From: Hyphomonas sp. | GTDB lineage: Bacteria > Pseudomonadota > Alphaproteobacteria > Caulobacterales > Hyphomonadaceae | Direction of reading: 5' to 3' | Length of the DNA: 64,000 bases | Assembly: GCA_035437295.1 (NCBI GenBank) | Contig: DAOMXX010000001.1 | Coordinates: forward strand, 695 to 64,694 | Shown: one piece after another, positions 38,235 through 48,444 of the stretch | Position numbering within the stretch: the stretch's first letter is position 1 | Layout of the letters: every line of letters starts with the position of its first letter | Notes under the pieces: generated by a model | Database searches by the model: none | Told to the model about the DNA's origin: nothing | Seen by the model: the letters and a program-made list of their open reading frames with translations, nothing else | Position numbers and translations under genes: made by a program

Positions 38235-39338
38235 TCAGTACAGCTTCAGGAAGTACCGGGTGGATTTGAGCTCCCCCTGCCGAACGAGCGCGCCTTTGGC
38301 GACCATGTCGGTAAGGTCGCGCGTCGCGGTTGCGGTCGGGGCGCCTGTGATCGTCATATAATTCTTCGCGCTGAGCCCGCCCTTGAAGCCGTCAATGCCT
38401 TCGGCGAACATGCGCAGCAACGCTTTCTCCTGCCGCGGGTTCAGCTGCCCGGCGAGCTGATCGAACAGGCGGGTCTTGGCCAGCATGAACTCAACCTGCC
38501 TCAGGCTACGGTCCTGCGCCTCCAGCGCGATATCCGCAAACCAGCTGAGCCACCTGTCCGCATTCAGGGTTGAACTCGCCAGCTCCAGTTCACGGTAGTA
38601 GTCCCTGCGGTGGCGCAGCAGGGCGCCCGCCAGTGAGGTGAAGACAGGCCGCTGCCTTCCTTGCGCGAGCGCCTTTTCCGAGATGGCGCGGCCGACGCGG
38701 CCATTGCCGTCTTCATACGGATGGATGCACTCGAACCAGAGGTGGGCAAGTCCGGCCCGCTCGATCGGAAGTAGCGGCGCCTTGCCGGTTGGCGCGGTCT
38801 GGTTAAACCATGTGATGAACGCTGCCATATGGCCGGGAACAGAGCTTGAGGGCGGCGCCTCATAGTGAACCTTTGGTGCGTAGGATGCGCCCGATATGAT
38901 CTGCATCGGTTCTTCATGCTGGCGGTAGCCGCCGGGGTTTTTAAGGTCAGTGCGACCAGTCAGCATCTTTCTGTGCCAGCGATGAAGCATTTCGTCCGAC
39001 AGCGGCTCACCTGTTGTCTGAAGGAGATCGACCATCATTTCCGCAATGCCGCTCTCTGCCGGGCGCGCGGATGTCCGGGCGGCCTTCAGACCGAGAGCGC
39101 GCTGGATGGAGGACTGCACACTTGCCCGGTCGAGCGTTTCGCCCTCGATTTGAGACGTATCGATCGCTTCCAGGCTCATCAACGATATGCCGAGCTCGAT
39201 CCGATCGTCATCGGAAATATGACGGGACGTGCCGATCAGCAGGCCTGCCTGCTCGAGAAAGCGGGCCTCGCGCGCGGCGAGTTTCTGCCGGTCCCGAGTG
39301 AAGTCCGGCCAGTCGCGAAGCTGCCAGTTCCAGTTCAT
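38235..39338 (-). CDS. Fic-family protein (DUF4172 N-terminus, C-terminal HTH)
   Basis: WNWQ..DWPDF, TSQIEGE, HPYEDGNGRVGR, TATRDL. Confidence 0.93.
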   Translation of the reverse strand: MNWNWQLRDWPDFTRDRQKLAAREARFLEQAGLLIGTSRHISDDDRIELGISLMSLEAIDTSQIEGETLDRASVQSSIQRALGLKAARTSARPAESGIAEMMVDLLQTTGEPLSDEMLHRWHRKMLTGRTDLKNPGGYRQHEEPMQIISGASYAPKVHYEAPPSSSVPGHMAAFITWFNQTAPTGKAPLLPIERAGLAHLWFECIHPYEDGNGRVGRAISEKALAQGRQRPVFTSLAGALLRHRRDYYRELELASSTLNADRWLSWFADIALEAQDRSLRQVEFMLAKTRLFDQLAGQLNPRQEKALLRMFAEGIDGFKGGLSAKNYMTITGAPTATATRDLTDMVAKGALVRQGELKSTRYFLKLY

Positions 39339-39575
39339 GATCAATAAAGTCCCATTTTTAGATCACTTTATACGATAAAAGTGATTAATAAAAGGGTGCT
39401 TTATCGATCATGCCGTGAGGGAGGCGAGTTCTTCGTCCGGAGGAGAGCCTTCTGCGCAAGATTTGATGGCGGGCGGCAAATCGGCATTCCGGTAGCGACT
39501 TGTAGCGCGTTCCAAGTCGGCCATTCGCGGGAAGCGATCCGTATCCGATTCCTGGGGGCCGATCTCCGCAAGCAC

Positions 39576-39992
39576 CTATTTCGGCGGCGCCGCTGCGATA
39601 AGCTCAAGGCGAATCCCGCCGGGTATCTGGCACATCATGTGACGCGAGGGTCCCTTTCCAAGCGGTTGCGGACCAAATTCGATTGTGACTCCCGACGCAC
39701 GGGACAATCGTTCGAACCCGAGTGCCAGACCTTGCTCGCCGTCCACACTCAAGGCGAGGTGGTGCAGCCCGACAGTGTTCTTACGTTCGAACGGTACCAG
39801 CCGATCCTTTTCCTGAACTTGCCAGAGCGACAAAAGTACGCCGGCGTCGCGAATGAACACGGCCGGGTAATCCGGACGGGTCCCGACCCGGGTGAAACCC
39901 AGGACACTGACGAAGAAATCGGCTGTTTCAGCGACGTTGGGCACCGTAAGGCCAATGTGATGGACGCCGTACGTAAGGGGAATCTGGCTCAT
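39576..39992 (-). CDS. VOC/glyoxalase-family protein
   Basis: HHIGLTV, GLHHLAL, PGGIRLE. Confidence 0.9.
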   Translation of the reverse strand: MSQIPLTYGVHHIGLTVPNVAETADFFVSVLGFTRVGTRPDYPAVFIRDAGVLLSLWQVQEKDRLVPFERKNTVGLHHLALSVDGEQGLALGFERLSRASGVTIEFGPQPLGKGPSRHMMCQIPGGIRLELIAAAPPK

Positions 39993-40108
39993 GCGAATTC
40001 CTTAAGTGTGGGTTTTGATGCGCGGCACGGTGACTTGAAGCAGCCGGCGCGGAAAAGGGGTGGAGGACAAGCGGCATGGGGTACTCCCCATGCCGCGCAG
40101 TCACCAGC

Positions 40109-41140
40109 TCAGTCGCGAGGGATTTCGCGATCAAGGAAGTCGATGATTTCTGTGGTGATTTCGGGGCCGTACTCTTCGAGAGCGAAATGTCCGGTATCGA
40201 GAAGATGGAACTCGAGATCTGTCAGGTCGCGCTTGTAGGGGTAGGCCCCGTCCGCCGGGAAAATCTGATCATTCTGTCCCCAGACGATCAGGGCGGGGGG
40301 CTGGTGTTCCCGGAACAATTCCTGCCAACGGGGATATTCCGACACGTTTGTGGCATAGCTCAGGAACATGTCGAGCTGGATCTCGGCATTACCCGTCCGG
40401 TCCAGAAGGTATTGATCCGTATGCCAAGTATCCGGGCTGACCCGCGTGACGTCTCCGACGCCGTGTGTGTACTGCCATTTTGTGGCATCGAGCGTCAGGA
40501 GCCCGCGGAGCGCGTCGCGGTTGGCTTCGGAAGGATCGGCCCAATAGGCCTTGATTGGATCCCAGAATTCACGAAGCCCTTCTTCGTACGCATTTCCGTT
40601 CTGGATTACGAACCCTGTGACGCGCTCCGGGTGCTTTGCAAACAGGCGGTAGCCGACCGGCGCGCCGTAATCCATCACGTAGAGCGCGTAGGAGGATACT
40701 TTCTTCTCGGACAGGAAACCGTCGATGATGTCTGCAAAATTCGCAAAGCTGTACTCGAAAGTTTCCCGCGCCGGCATGTCACTGGCACCGTAGCCTGGAT
40801 AGTCTGGCGCAAGCACATGGTAGGTCTTGGCTAGTTCCGGGATGAGATTCCGGAACATCTGGGAGGACGTCGGAAATCCGTGCAGCAGCACGATTGTTGG
40901 ATTGGAGGGATCGCCGGCCTCCCGGTACGCAATGCGAACCCCATTGATCGCGAGATCGCGGTAGTGAACGGCCGGGGGCGCCGTGTGGGTTATCGCAACG
41001 GGTTCAGACTGCGCGGCGGGCGCGCAGGCGCCGACGAGGCCAATAACGAGGGCGGCTGCGGTTGCCGTCAGAAGCGATGTCCGCCGGGGCCTGGCGGTCT
41101 GGGGTGCTGCGACAGGCGATGTATCTTCTAGGCTAAACAT
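40109..41140 (-). CDS. Exported alpha/beta hydrolase (epoxide hydrolase/dehalogenase-like)
   Basis: HGFPTSS, MDYGAP Asp nucleophile, GHFALE; VGAC lipobox. Confidence 0.9.
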   Translation of the reverse strand: MFSLEDTSPVAAPQTARPRRTSLLTATAAALVIGLVGACAPAAQSEPVAITHTAPPAVHYRDLAINGVRIAYREAGDPSNPTIVLLHGFPTSSQMFRNLIPELAKTYHVLAPDYPGYGASDMPARETFEYSFANFADIIDGFLSEKKVSSYALYVMDYGAPVGYRLFAKHPERVTGFVIQNGNAYEEGLREFWDPIKAYWADPSEANRDALRGLLTLDATKWQYTHGVGDVTRVSPDTWHTDQYLLDRTGNAEIQLDMFLSYATNVSEYPRWQELFREHQPPALIVWGQNDQIFPADGAYPYKRDLTDLEFHLLDTGHFALEEYGPEITTEIIDFLDREIPRD

Positions 41141-41186
41141 CTAACTCTCCATTTGCGCTTCGCGCGTTGAAATTCATGCAAGGTGT

Positions 41187-41349
41187 ACAGATCAGTAAAG
41201 GTCATCTAAGGTGCATTAACAGATCAGTCAATGTCTCGATCGCTGGCCCGGGTAGAAGTTGCGATTCGCTCTGGCGCAAAGCTCTGTTAATATAGGAGAA
41301 AAATTTTCAGAATTTACTTTTGAGAAATGCGATCTATGTACAGATCGGT
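41187..41349. promoter_or_regulatory. Three ACAGATCRGT boxes, candidate TetR operators
   Basis: Copies at 41187, 41219 and 41340 in the divergent gap. Confidence 0.65.
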
Positions 41350-41374
41350 CAATGTGAGCCGGAGGTAAGTCGGG

Positions 41375-41968
41375 TTGAGCGCGTCGAAAAGAGATGAGCT
41401 CGTGCAAAGTGCGATGAAGATCTTCTATGAGGGGGGCTTCAACGCCATCGGCATGGATCGGATCGCGGCGGAGACGGGCGTATCCAAAACGTCGATTTAC
41501 AAGCACTTCCGAACCAAGGACGATCTGATCCTGGCTACGCTGCGATTACGTGACGAGCAGTTCCGAAACTGGCTGGTCCGCAGGGTCGAGGCTCTGGCGA
41601 GCGACCCTTCTCAAAGGCTTCTTGCGGTTTTTGACGCGCTGCATGAATGGTTGACGGAGCCGGGATTCAGAGGGTGCATGTTCGTGAAGGCGTCTGCTGA
41701 ATTTCAGGACCGCGCCAGCCCCATCCATGCCGCCGCAGCCGAACACAAGAGGCTGCTCCAGATCTATCTCGAAAAGCTCGCGGAGAAGGCCGGGGCCCGC
41801 AATCCGGCCGAACTTGCGCTGTACCTGCAGCTGGTTTCTGAGGGCGCCATCAACATCGCTCACCTGCACGATGCCAGCCTCGCTGCAGATGCAGCGCGCA
41901 CCGCGGCGCGTGTGCTGGTCAATTCGGCAGTATCGCCCGTCGCTGTACTGACTGAACCGGGTAAATGA
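41375..41968 (+). CDS. TetR-family regulator
   Basis: GVSKTSIYKHFRTKDDL, FRGCMF; GGAGG RBS with TTG start. Confidence 0.92.
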   Translation: MSASKRDELVQSAMKIFYEGGFNAIGMDRIAAETGVSKTSIYKHFRTKDDLILATLRLRDEQFRNWLVRRVEALASDPSQRLLAVFDALHEWLTEPGFRGCMFVKASAEFQDRASPIHAAAAEHKRLLQIYLEKLAEKAGARNPAELALYLQLVSEGAINIAHLHDASLAADAARTAARVLVNSAVSPVAVLTEPGK

Positions 41969-42013
41969 TCTGCGAGCTGTCTGCACGTGTGGTGCCTCTG
42001 TCTGGTGCCGTTT

Positions 42014-42471
42014 TCAGGATATCTGCTTGCGCATTTCAGATTTGCCGTGCCATCCCATCGACGCTTATAAAGGCGCGCCTTGCGTGGTCGTGTGCGGGAT
42101 GGCGTAGCCGGGCTTTCTTGATCGGAATTCAGGTTATGCCGCGCCCATAAGCGCCTGCGGAACTTCCTGATGACGGAATTTCGGCTCCACAAAGACGTTC
42201 GGGACATAACCACGCCTGTCCTGACCCGGATGAGCGGGGTGCGGAGGCTCATCAAACTCCATCACGCCGACGCCGCCAACAATGCGCCCACCAGTTTTGG
42301 CCATGAAGCCGAACCATCGTACGTCGGACAATCGGGCATTGGTCAGGCGCGGAAGGGTGCCGCCATCGCTTATACATCCTGTGCAGCCTGGCCTGCTTCC
42401 AGAAACATCCGGGCTCTGCGACCGCAAACGACGTCGAGGTCGGTGGTGGTGAGAGCGCGGATATTGGTCAT
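42014..42471 (-). pseudogene. Decayed GNAT acetyltransferase
   Basis: MTNIRALTTTDLD...MFLEAG...PPHP.HP..DRRGYV.NVFVEPKFR...MGW; at least four stops and a frameshift; ATGA overlap with tetR. Confidence 0.7.
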
Positions 42472-43094
42472 GGCTTCCCGGCGCTCCGATTACCCTTTCT
42501 GGGAGGCACCGGCATTGCCGGCGGCAACAGGAGGGACATTAGCGCCTCGTACCTTGGCTCGCCTGTCACACGGTCCTTTGCAGGCTGGAACATTCCTGAA
42601 AGTCGCAAAGCAACATAGCCGTGCATCATCGACCAGAGCGCAACTGCTACCGTGTCGATGTCACGTCCGGCATGGACCAGCTCCCCCGCGAGTTCAGCGC
42701 AGAGCGACGCATAGAGATTGTCGAGTAGCGGCGAGAGGTCGGCGTCTGAGTGATCAACGAGATCGCTGCGCCACAACAAGTCGTACCGGTTCGGATGTGT
42801 AAAAGCGTAGTTGGCAATCGTGTCCAGAAATATCCGGGCACGGTCCTTTGTCCTCGATGCCAGTCCCGAGTTTATGTGCTCCGAGATCTGTTCGAACTCA
42901 GTCTTCGCGACAGCGGTCAGAAGGGCCTTGCGATCCTTGAAGTGGTTGGCCGGTGCTGCATGGGAGACACCGGCTTTTGCCGCGACCGCCCGGATAGTGG
43001 CACCGGCAGTTCCCTCAGTGTCGAGCAGGTCCAGCGCGGCCTCGATAAGCGCCTGCCGCAGGTTTCCATGGTGGAAGGTTTTCGATTTGGCCAT
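42468..43094 (-). CDS. TetR-family regulator (WHG-type C-terminus)
   Basis: FHHGNLRQAL, GVSHAAPANHF, WSMMHG. Confidence 0.92.
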   Translation of the reverse strand: MAKSKTFHHGNLRQALIEAALDLLDTEGTAGATIRAVAAKAGVSHAAPANHFKDRKALLTAVAKTEFEQISEHINSGLASRTKDRARIFLDTIANYAFTHPNRYDLLWRSDLVDHSDADLSPLLDNLYASLCAELAGELVHAGRDIDTVAVALWSMMHGYVALRLSGMFQPAKDRVTGEPRYEALMSLLLPPAMPVPPRKGNRSAGKP

Positions 43095-43101
43095 GTCCTA
43101 T

Positions 43102-43145
43102 ATTGACAGTGTCAATTTTGAAGTCAATATTGACACTGTCAATAT
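43102..43145. promoter_or_regulatory. Two perfect palindromic TetR operators
   Basis: ATTGACA-G-TGTCAAT (43102-43116) and ATATTGACA-C-TGTCAATAT (43127-43145). Confidence 0.85.
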
Positions 43146-43162
43146 GAAGACGGGAGAATTTC

Positions 43163-43573
43163 ATGAACAGGATTGTCGTGACGGGCTATGCGGCCGTCTT
43201 TCTGGTTCTCATACCGGTCCTGGAGGTCAGCGATACGCATCTGCTGAATGAGGACTGGCCGGGACATGCACGCTTGCACGAGGCTTGGCAGCTGCTTGCA
43301 AATGGAATGATCGCCGGGGCAGCACTTTACCTTGTTTGGCAAAAAGGGCTTGCCTTTGCGGCGCTGCTGCTCTGCTTGCCTCTGTCAATACCCTTCCTTA
43401 TCGCCTGGGCGCTCCAGGGCAGCTATGGCGGTTCGATGTTGCACACGGACGGAACCCAGATTGCAATCTTCGGCATCAACGTGGCCGTGCCGATTGTAGC
43501 ACTCCTTTTGTTTGGCACACTCGTCGCGCTCTTGCTTGAACGGCGCCGGCGCAGCGTGCCCGACGAAGTGTGA
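43163..43573 (+). CDS. Small 4-TM membrane protein
   Basis: GGAG RBS; TH..N..WPGHARLH motif; hydrophobic segments. Confidence 0.75.
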   Translation: MNRIVVTGYAAVFLVLIPVLEVSDTHLLNEDWPGHARLHEAWQLLANGMIAGAALYLVWQKGLAFAALLLCLPLSIPFLIAWALQGSYGGSMLHTDGTQIAIFGINVAVPIVALLLFGTLVALLLERRRRSVPDEV

Positions 43574-43593
43574 GCGGCGGAGCGCCCCAAGGC

Positions 43594-43926
43594 TTATGCT
43601 GAGATCGTAATCCGGACGAAATCTGCGAGCACTCCGACGATGCCGGCAACGGAAGCTGCCCATGCCCATTTGCGCAGCCGCCGCGCGGCGCCCCAGGAAA
43701 GCGCAAGGTAGGCAACCCGGCCAACGGCATAGACAACGCTGCCCTTGGCAGACCAGGCACCAAACGTGCCGACGAGCAGGATACCCAGGATACCCGCCGA
43801 AAATAGGTAGAACGTCTCCGAGAAGTTCCGGTGAACCTGCTGGAGGGTTTCAGAGCGTCCCATGACAGCGGCCTGAGCCGCACCGTAGAGGGACATGATC
43901 AGTAGAATGAAGGTCTCATTTGGCAT
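43594..43926 (-). CDS. MAPEG-like membrane protein
   Basis: HRNFSE, GRVAY, R..AW pattern across 4 hydrophobic segments. Confidence 0.6.
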   Translation of the reverse strand: MPNETFILLIMSLYGAAQAAVMGRSETLQQVHRNFSETFYLFSAGILGILLVGTFGAWSAKGSVVYAVGRVAYLALSWGAARRLRKWAWAASVAGIVGVLADFVRITISA

Positions 43927-44035
43927 GCAAGGGGTCCGCCTTGGAAATTCATCAGGTCGTGCATTGTGTCGGCCCCGGATGCATTACGCGAATAGTAATC
44001 GCGTGATGCACCGTGGGTCGGACGCAGGCGCCAGG

Positions 44036-44890
44036 TTACAGGACCGATGCAAAGTGACCTTCAATCAGGCTCGCGAACAGGATCGGCGTCTCCTGCATGG
44101 GATAGTGGCCTGCATCAGATACATAATGGAAGCGCACATTCTGCAGCCATTTGGCAATTGTTGCCGAATAGTGCGCTTCCTGAAATCCCGGCAGGTCGTT
44201 TCGTCCGCCGATCACAAGAACGGGCGTGGTAATATGGGCATTTCGGAATGCCTGAGAGAAATCTTCATCGAGCCACATCCTGTAATACCCTTTGAGGGCT
44301 TCCGGGCGCGACGTCTGCCGGTTTCGAGCCGTCTTGTCATTGCTCCACGTCGCGCTCAGCTTTGCGCCAGTCAGGGCTCCGAATGCCATACGGGCGGTGC
44401 TATCGTCGTCGATGGCTGCAGCCAGGAAGGCGCGGTCTTCTTCGGTGGCGGGGTAACCATCAGGCGTGACCGGCGTCACGGCGACGTAGCTCTTGAGCCG
44501 CCCCGCGCCGTGGGCGTCATTGAGAAGGAACTTGAAGCCCGCCATGCCGTTCATCGAATGACCGACGAGATGGAACTGCGACCATCCGAGGTGATCGGCG
44601 AGGTGTGCAATGTCGCTGCTGACTTCGTCGGACGTGAACGCACCTTCGAGATTGCGCGACAGCCCGTAACCCCGGACATCGGCGAGGACGTAGGTGAATC
44701 GGTCTTCATCCAGCCAGGGCAACACATCGTCATAATTGGACGCGTCTCCCATCCAGTCATGCAGCATGATGACGTGCTCGGGGCCGTGGCCGTGGATGCG
44801 GTGGCCAAGCAGGACGGTATTGTCCGCGAGTGCTGGTTGCCCCCAGATGATCGCGGCGGCGAGAGAGGCAAAGAAGTTTCGGGTAAACAT
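44036..44890 (-). CDS. Exported alpha/beta hydrolase
   Basis: Signal (ALA), LHDW, GHSMNG, GHYPMQE. Confidence 0.88.
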   Translation of the reverse strand: MFTRNFFASLAAAIIWGQPALADNTVLLGHRIHGHGPEHVIMLHDWMGDASNYDDVLPWLDEDRFTYVLADVRGYGLSRNLEGAFTSDEVSSDIAHLADHLGWSQFHLVGHSMNGMAGFKFLLNDAHGAGRLKSYVAVTPVTPDGYPATEEDRAFLAAAIDDDSTARMAFGALTGAKLSATWSNDKTARNRQTSRPEALKGYYRMWLDEDFSQAFRNAHITTPVLVIGGRNDLPGFQEAHYSATIAKWLQNVRFHYVSDAGHYPMQETPILFASLIEGHFASVL

Positions 44891-44977
44891 AAGTTATCTC
44901 CAGGGCATGCGCGACATTGCGCAGCTTGAAAGGGAAAGTTGAGGATCAGACCGGCAATGCACAAGAACGCACAAAAC

Positions 44978-45403
44978 ATGCACCCAGTGTCTGAAATTGC
45001 ACTGGCATCAAGTTCGGTTTCATCGGGCGCTTTGCCGCCCCGACAAATCCGCCATCACATTATGGAGCATTGCCCTGTCGAGGCCGCAATCAGCCGTATC
45101 GGTGGAAAGTGGAAAGCACTCATCATCCTCAGACTAATGGTGCGCACACGGAGGTTCAACGAGCTCCAAAGATCATTGCCGGGGTGCACCCAGCGCATGC
45201 TGACCAACCAGCTGCGGGATCTTGAGGCTGACGGTCTTGTTCGCCGCGAAGTGTTTGCAGAAATTCCGCCGCGCGTTGAATATTCACTGACGCCTGCAGG
45301 TCAGGCTCTGGAGCCGGTTCTGCGCGCGATGTGTGAATGGGGGCAGGTCCAGGTCATGCGAGAACCGGCCGATTTTGAGAAAGTGCTGGCAGCGGCGCGG
45401 TAA
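44978..45403 (+). CDS. HxlR-family winged-helix regulator
   Basis: CPVE...IGGKWK, RFNEL, PPRVEYSLT; start uncertain. Confidence 0.9.
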   Translation: MHPVSEIALASSSVSSGALPPRQIRHHIMEHCPVEAAISRIGGKWKALIILRLMVRTRRFNELQRSLPGCTQRMLTNQLRDLEADGLVRREVFAEIPPRVEYSLTPAGQALEPVLRAMCEWGQVQVMREPADFEKVLAAAR

Positions 45404-45436
45404 GCCCGCGCTCCGAGCGAGGCTTAAGTCAGGCAG

Positions 45437-45853
45437 TTACTTAGGCGTAAGCAGTCTTTCGCGAAACTCAATCGCTATGTCGTTGATGCTGGCCTCGCGC
45501 CGTTCCATCAGCCCCTCCGGTGTGAACTGCCAGAGTTCGTTTCCATGGCTGCGCCACCATTGTCCCGTGCGGTCATGCCATTCGTAGATGAAACGAACAG
45601 CTATGCGGTTGCCGGTATAGGCCCATAGCTCCTTGCGCAGGCGGTAGCTCAGTTCACGGTTCCATTTTCTTTTGAGGAAGTCGACAATAGCCTCGCGGCC
45701 CTGAAAATGCTCGTCCCGGTTTCGCCAGACGCTGTCTGGAGTATAGGCAAGAGCGACCCTCTCCGGATCCCGCGTGTTCCAGGCATCTTCAGCCGACTGT
45801 ACTTTCTGAAGCGCCGTTATCTCGGTAAATGGGGGCAATGGGGGACGGGACAC
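45437..45853 (-). CDS. NTF2-like DUF1348 protein
   Basis: [28 protein letters not shown]; GTG start after GGAG. Confidence 0.9.
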   Translation of the reverse strand: MSRPPLPPFTEITALQKVQSAEDAWNTRDPERVALAYTPDSVWRNRDEHFQGREAIVDFLKRKWNRELSYRLRKELWAYTGNRIAVRFIYEWHDRTGQWWRSHGNELWQFTPEGLMERREASINDIAIEFRERLLTPK

Positions 45854-45966
45854 TAAATTCTCCGCAGGTCTCAGGTTAGATGGGCCGGATACGGGCCGTG
45901 CAATACTGCGGCCCAAGGGGAAGATCGCAGCCGGCAGCGCGCCGGCCCGTATCCGGTTTCTCTGGC

Positions 45967-46776
45967 TCAGCTGGCTTTCTCGATGCGCGCAACAGTTTCT
46001 TCGGTCGTCCACAGCGCGTTGGCGACGTAGCGGAAGTTGACCAGCGCCGCGAGGTAGCCATCGCCTTCCGGAAGTTTCGCTGCAGCCGTTGCGTCGCGTA
46101 CAACTGCCACTTCAAATCCCTGCTCGAGCAGCTCATAAAGGTGAGCCTGGGTGCAGAGATTGGCTGACATGCCGGCGAGGATGACCTTGTTGATCCCCCG
46201 CTTGCGTAGTTGCAGCACGAGGTCATTCTGTTCGGGCCCGTAGACCTTGTGCGGGCTCGTGATGACCGTCTCTCCGTCGAGGATATAGGGCTTGTACTGG
46301 GGCATGAAGTCAGAGCCAGAGCCTTCAAAGCCATCGAGCGTGTAGGGACCTTTGCGGTCAAACATGCCGATGGTGTGCATCAGCTTTTCGAGCGGGCCTT
46401 CGAACTTCCAGCCATGATCGGTCGGATGATAGTGGTGCGGCGAAATGAACAGCGGCATGTCATTGGCCTTGGCTGCCTTCATCAGCTGTTCGAGGTTGTT
46501 GACCGTGCCAAGTTCGGTGACGCTCTCGCCGACAACCGCCCAGGTGACGCCGTCCGGCGACAGGAAGTCGATCTGCGGATCCGTTATGACGATTGCGGTA
46601 TCCGAAGCGGTCACGATCATGTCCGTCTGCGGAAGGGCGGGCTCAATTGGATCGGCATACGCGGCCGGTAGCGATTTTGCAGCGTCCGCTGGCTTAGCCA
46701 GCGCAGTAGAATAGGCGGTCATGCAGGCCGTGACCGAAAGGGCGGCGGCCAATGCAATAAAGTTGGTGCGTGACAT
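45967..46776 (-). CDS. Exported isochorismatase-family cysteine hydrolase
   Basis: TDPQIDF, PHK, GMSANLC; N-terminal signal/lipobox. Confidence 0.88.
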   Translation of the reverse strand: MSRTNFIALAAALSVTACMTAYSTALAKPADAAKSLPAAYADPIEPALPQTDMIVTASDTAIVITDPQIDFLSPDGVTWAVVGESVTELGTVNNLEQLMKAAKANDMPLFISPHHYHPTDHGWKFEGPLEKLMHTIGMFDRKGPYTLDGFEGSGSDFMPQYKPYILDGETVITSPHKVYGPEQNDLVLQLRKRGINKVILAGMSANLCTQAHLYELLEQGFEVAVVRDATAAAKLPEGDGYLAALVNFRYVANALWTTEETVARIEKAS

Positions 46777-46931
46777 CGTGTCCTCCAGGGTTGTGATTGA
46801 AAGGCGCAGCAGGCCGGTTCCGTTCTGACCAGCGGTGGGGACGCATAGAGCGGTCAGAGCGTAGGGGAACGCAGAGCCGGCCTGCTGCTTTGATCGGATC
46901 AGGCGATCCGCCTTGCGAGCGGCAAGGATCT

Positions 46932-47483
46932 TCAGGCCGCGCGAGCGGCGTCGAGTTTCGGGAAGTCGACTTCCGTATCGAACACTTCGTTCAGGTAGTT
47001 GGTGAGCGTGTTCAGGGCGACGTGAGCGACGATCTCAACGAGCTCGGCATCAGAAAAGCCGGCATTGCGGGCACGGCGGACGTCTTCTTCGCTGACGCGG
47101 CCGCGCTCGCGGATGATCTCCTGCGCGAACTTCAGTGCGTAGGAGGCTTTCAGGTCGCTCGCGTTGCCGGTACGGGCGGCCGCGATTTCGGAATCATCCA
47201 GCTTGGCAACATTACGCGCCAGGAAGGTGTGGGCGCTGTTGCAATAGGTACAGCCATTGTAGTTGGCGACAGCGAGGGCGATGCGCTCGGTAACGGCGCC
47301 GCCAAGTGTGCTCTTCGACAGAGCGCCGTTGAGCGCCAGGAGGCCCTCAAGCGTCGCCGGGCTGTTGGACACGAGCCGGTACATGTTCGGCACCATGCCG
47401 ATTTTCTTCTGCACGCCCTCAAGCAAGGTGCGCGATTGTTCCGGGGCTGCAGAGATATCTGCCGGGGTAGGGATGCGGGACAT
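46932..47483 (-). CDS. AhpD/carboxymuconolactone decarboxylase-like peroxidase
   Basis: GMVPN, ERIALAVA..NGCTYC..AH. Confidence 0.9.
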   Translation of the reverse strand: MSRIPTPADISAAPEQSRTLLEGVQKKIGMVPNMYRLVSNSPATLEGLLALNGALSKSTLGGAVTERIALAVANYNGCTYCNSAHTFLARNVAKLDDSEIAAARTGNASDLKASYALKFAQEIIRERGRVSEEDVRRARNAGFSDAELVEIVAHVALNTLTNYLNEVFDTEVDFPKLDAARAA

Positions 47484-47538
47484 TGGGAATTACCTTTGTT
47501 TGGCCGGATCGCAGTATGCTTCCGTGACAGGCATATAG

Positions 47539-47558
47539 TGAACCGAACGATCGGTACA
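47539..47558. promoter_or_regulatory. Palindromic TetR-type operator
   Basis: TGAACCGAACGATCGGTACA imperfect 20-bp palindrome upstream of the ahpD-like operon. Confidence 0.65.
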
Positions 47559-47811
47559 ATAGTTGCATCGAAAAATTTGGCAATTCTTTTTCGGTAGGGA
47601 GCCTTCGGTATGGCAAAGCGTAGAAGTGCCTGCGGCGGCGTCTCACTGACGGGAGCCATCAAAGACCGGCATTAACCTGCGCTGCAGGCATTGTGAGGTT
47701 TGTTCAGGCGCGGCAGAGCCTATATATCTCGCTCATGCCTGATTATCGGCAATGATTTTCTATCCTTTTTGACGGAAGGTTGCCCAACACCATCCGACCG
47801 GAGTACTTCGC

Positions 47812-48363
47812 TTGAGTAGCCAGAAATCCGAAATCGTAGACGTCATCGCCGACCTGTTCCGCCGCCGGGGATATGACGGCGTATCCCTGGGTGACATCTC
47901 CGAAGCGACTGGGCTCGGAAAATCCAGCCTCTATCACCACTTTCCAGGGGGAAAGGAAGAGATGGCCACAACCGTTGTGGACCAGGCGGCTGCGAACATG
48001 CAGGGATTCATCTTTGAACCGCTGCAGGCGGGCCACACTCTGAAGTCAAGGGTCGATGGCATGATCTCGTCCGTTTCCGGAATATATGGGGGAGGGGACG
48101 ATCCCTGCCTGCTCGCGAGCTTGCTCTCCAGTGACGAGAACGGGCCACTGGCTGAAAAGGCCGGCGCGCTCATCCGGCTTTGGGCCGAAAAGATTGCGCA
48201 AGCTCTTCGCTCAGAAGGCGTGGATCGGCGGGAGGCCCGGAGAAAGGCAATACTCGCAGTCGCCCTTATTCAGGGCGGACTGATCACGTCCAAGGCATTT
48301 GGATCAGGAGAACCCTTTTCGGAGGCGATGTCCGCCGTTCGTCTGGTGCTGCTGGAACAGTAA
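47812..48363 (+). CDS. TetR-family regulator
   Basis: GLGKSSLYHHFPGGKEE. Confidence 0.9.
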   Translation: MSSQKSEIVDVIADLFRRRGYDGVSLGDISEATGLGKSSLYHHFPGGKEEMATTVVDQAAANMQGFIFEPLQAGHTLKSRVDGMISSVSGIYGGGDDPCLLASLLSSDENGPLAEKAGALIRLWAEKIAQALRSEGVDRREARRKAILAVALIQGGLITSKAFGSGEPFSEAMSAVRLVLLEQ

Positions 48364-48444
48364 AGGTCGCCTTACCTCCGCAATTGCTTTCCCGGCTGAG
48401 CTTGTGTTTCCCGCTACGAATGCATGATCGGACTCGCGTCTCTC

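Noticed and set aside
43895-44929. 344-aa + strand ORF (likewise 31904-32887, 36353-37285, 39381-40238, 46797-47597)
   Set aside because: Antisense shadows of well-supported genes, expected in GC-rich DNA; no motifs
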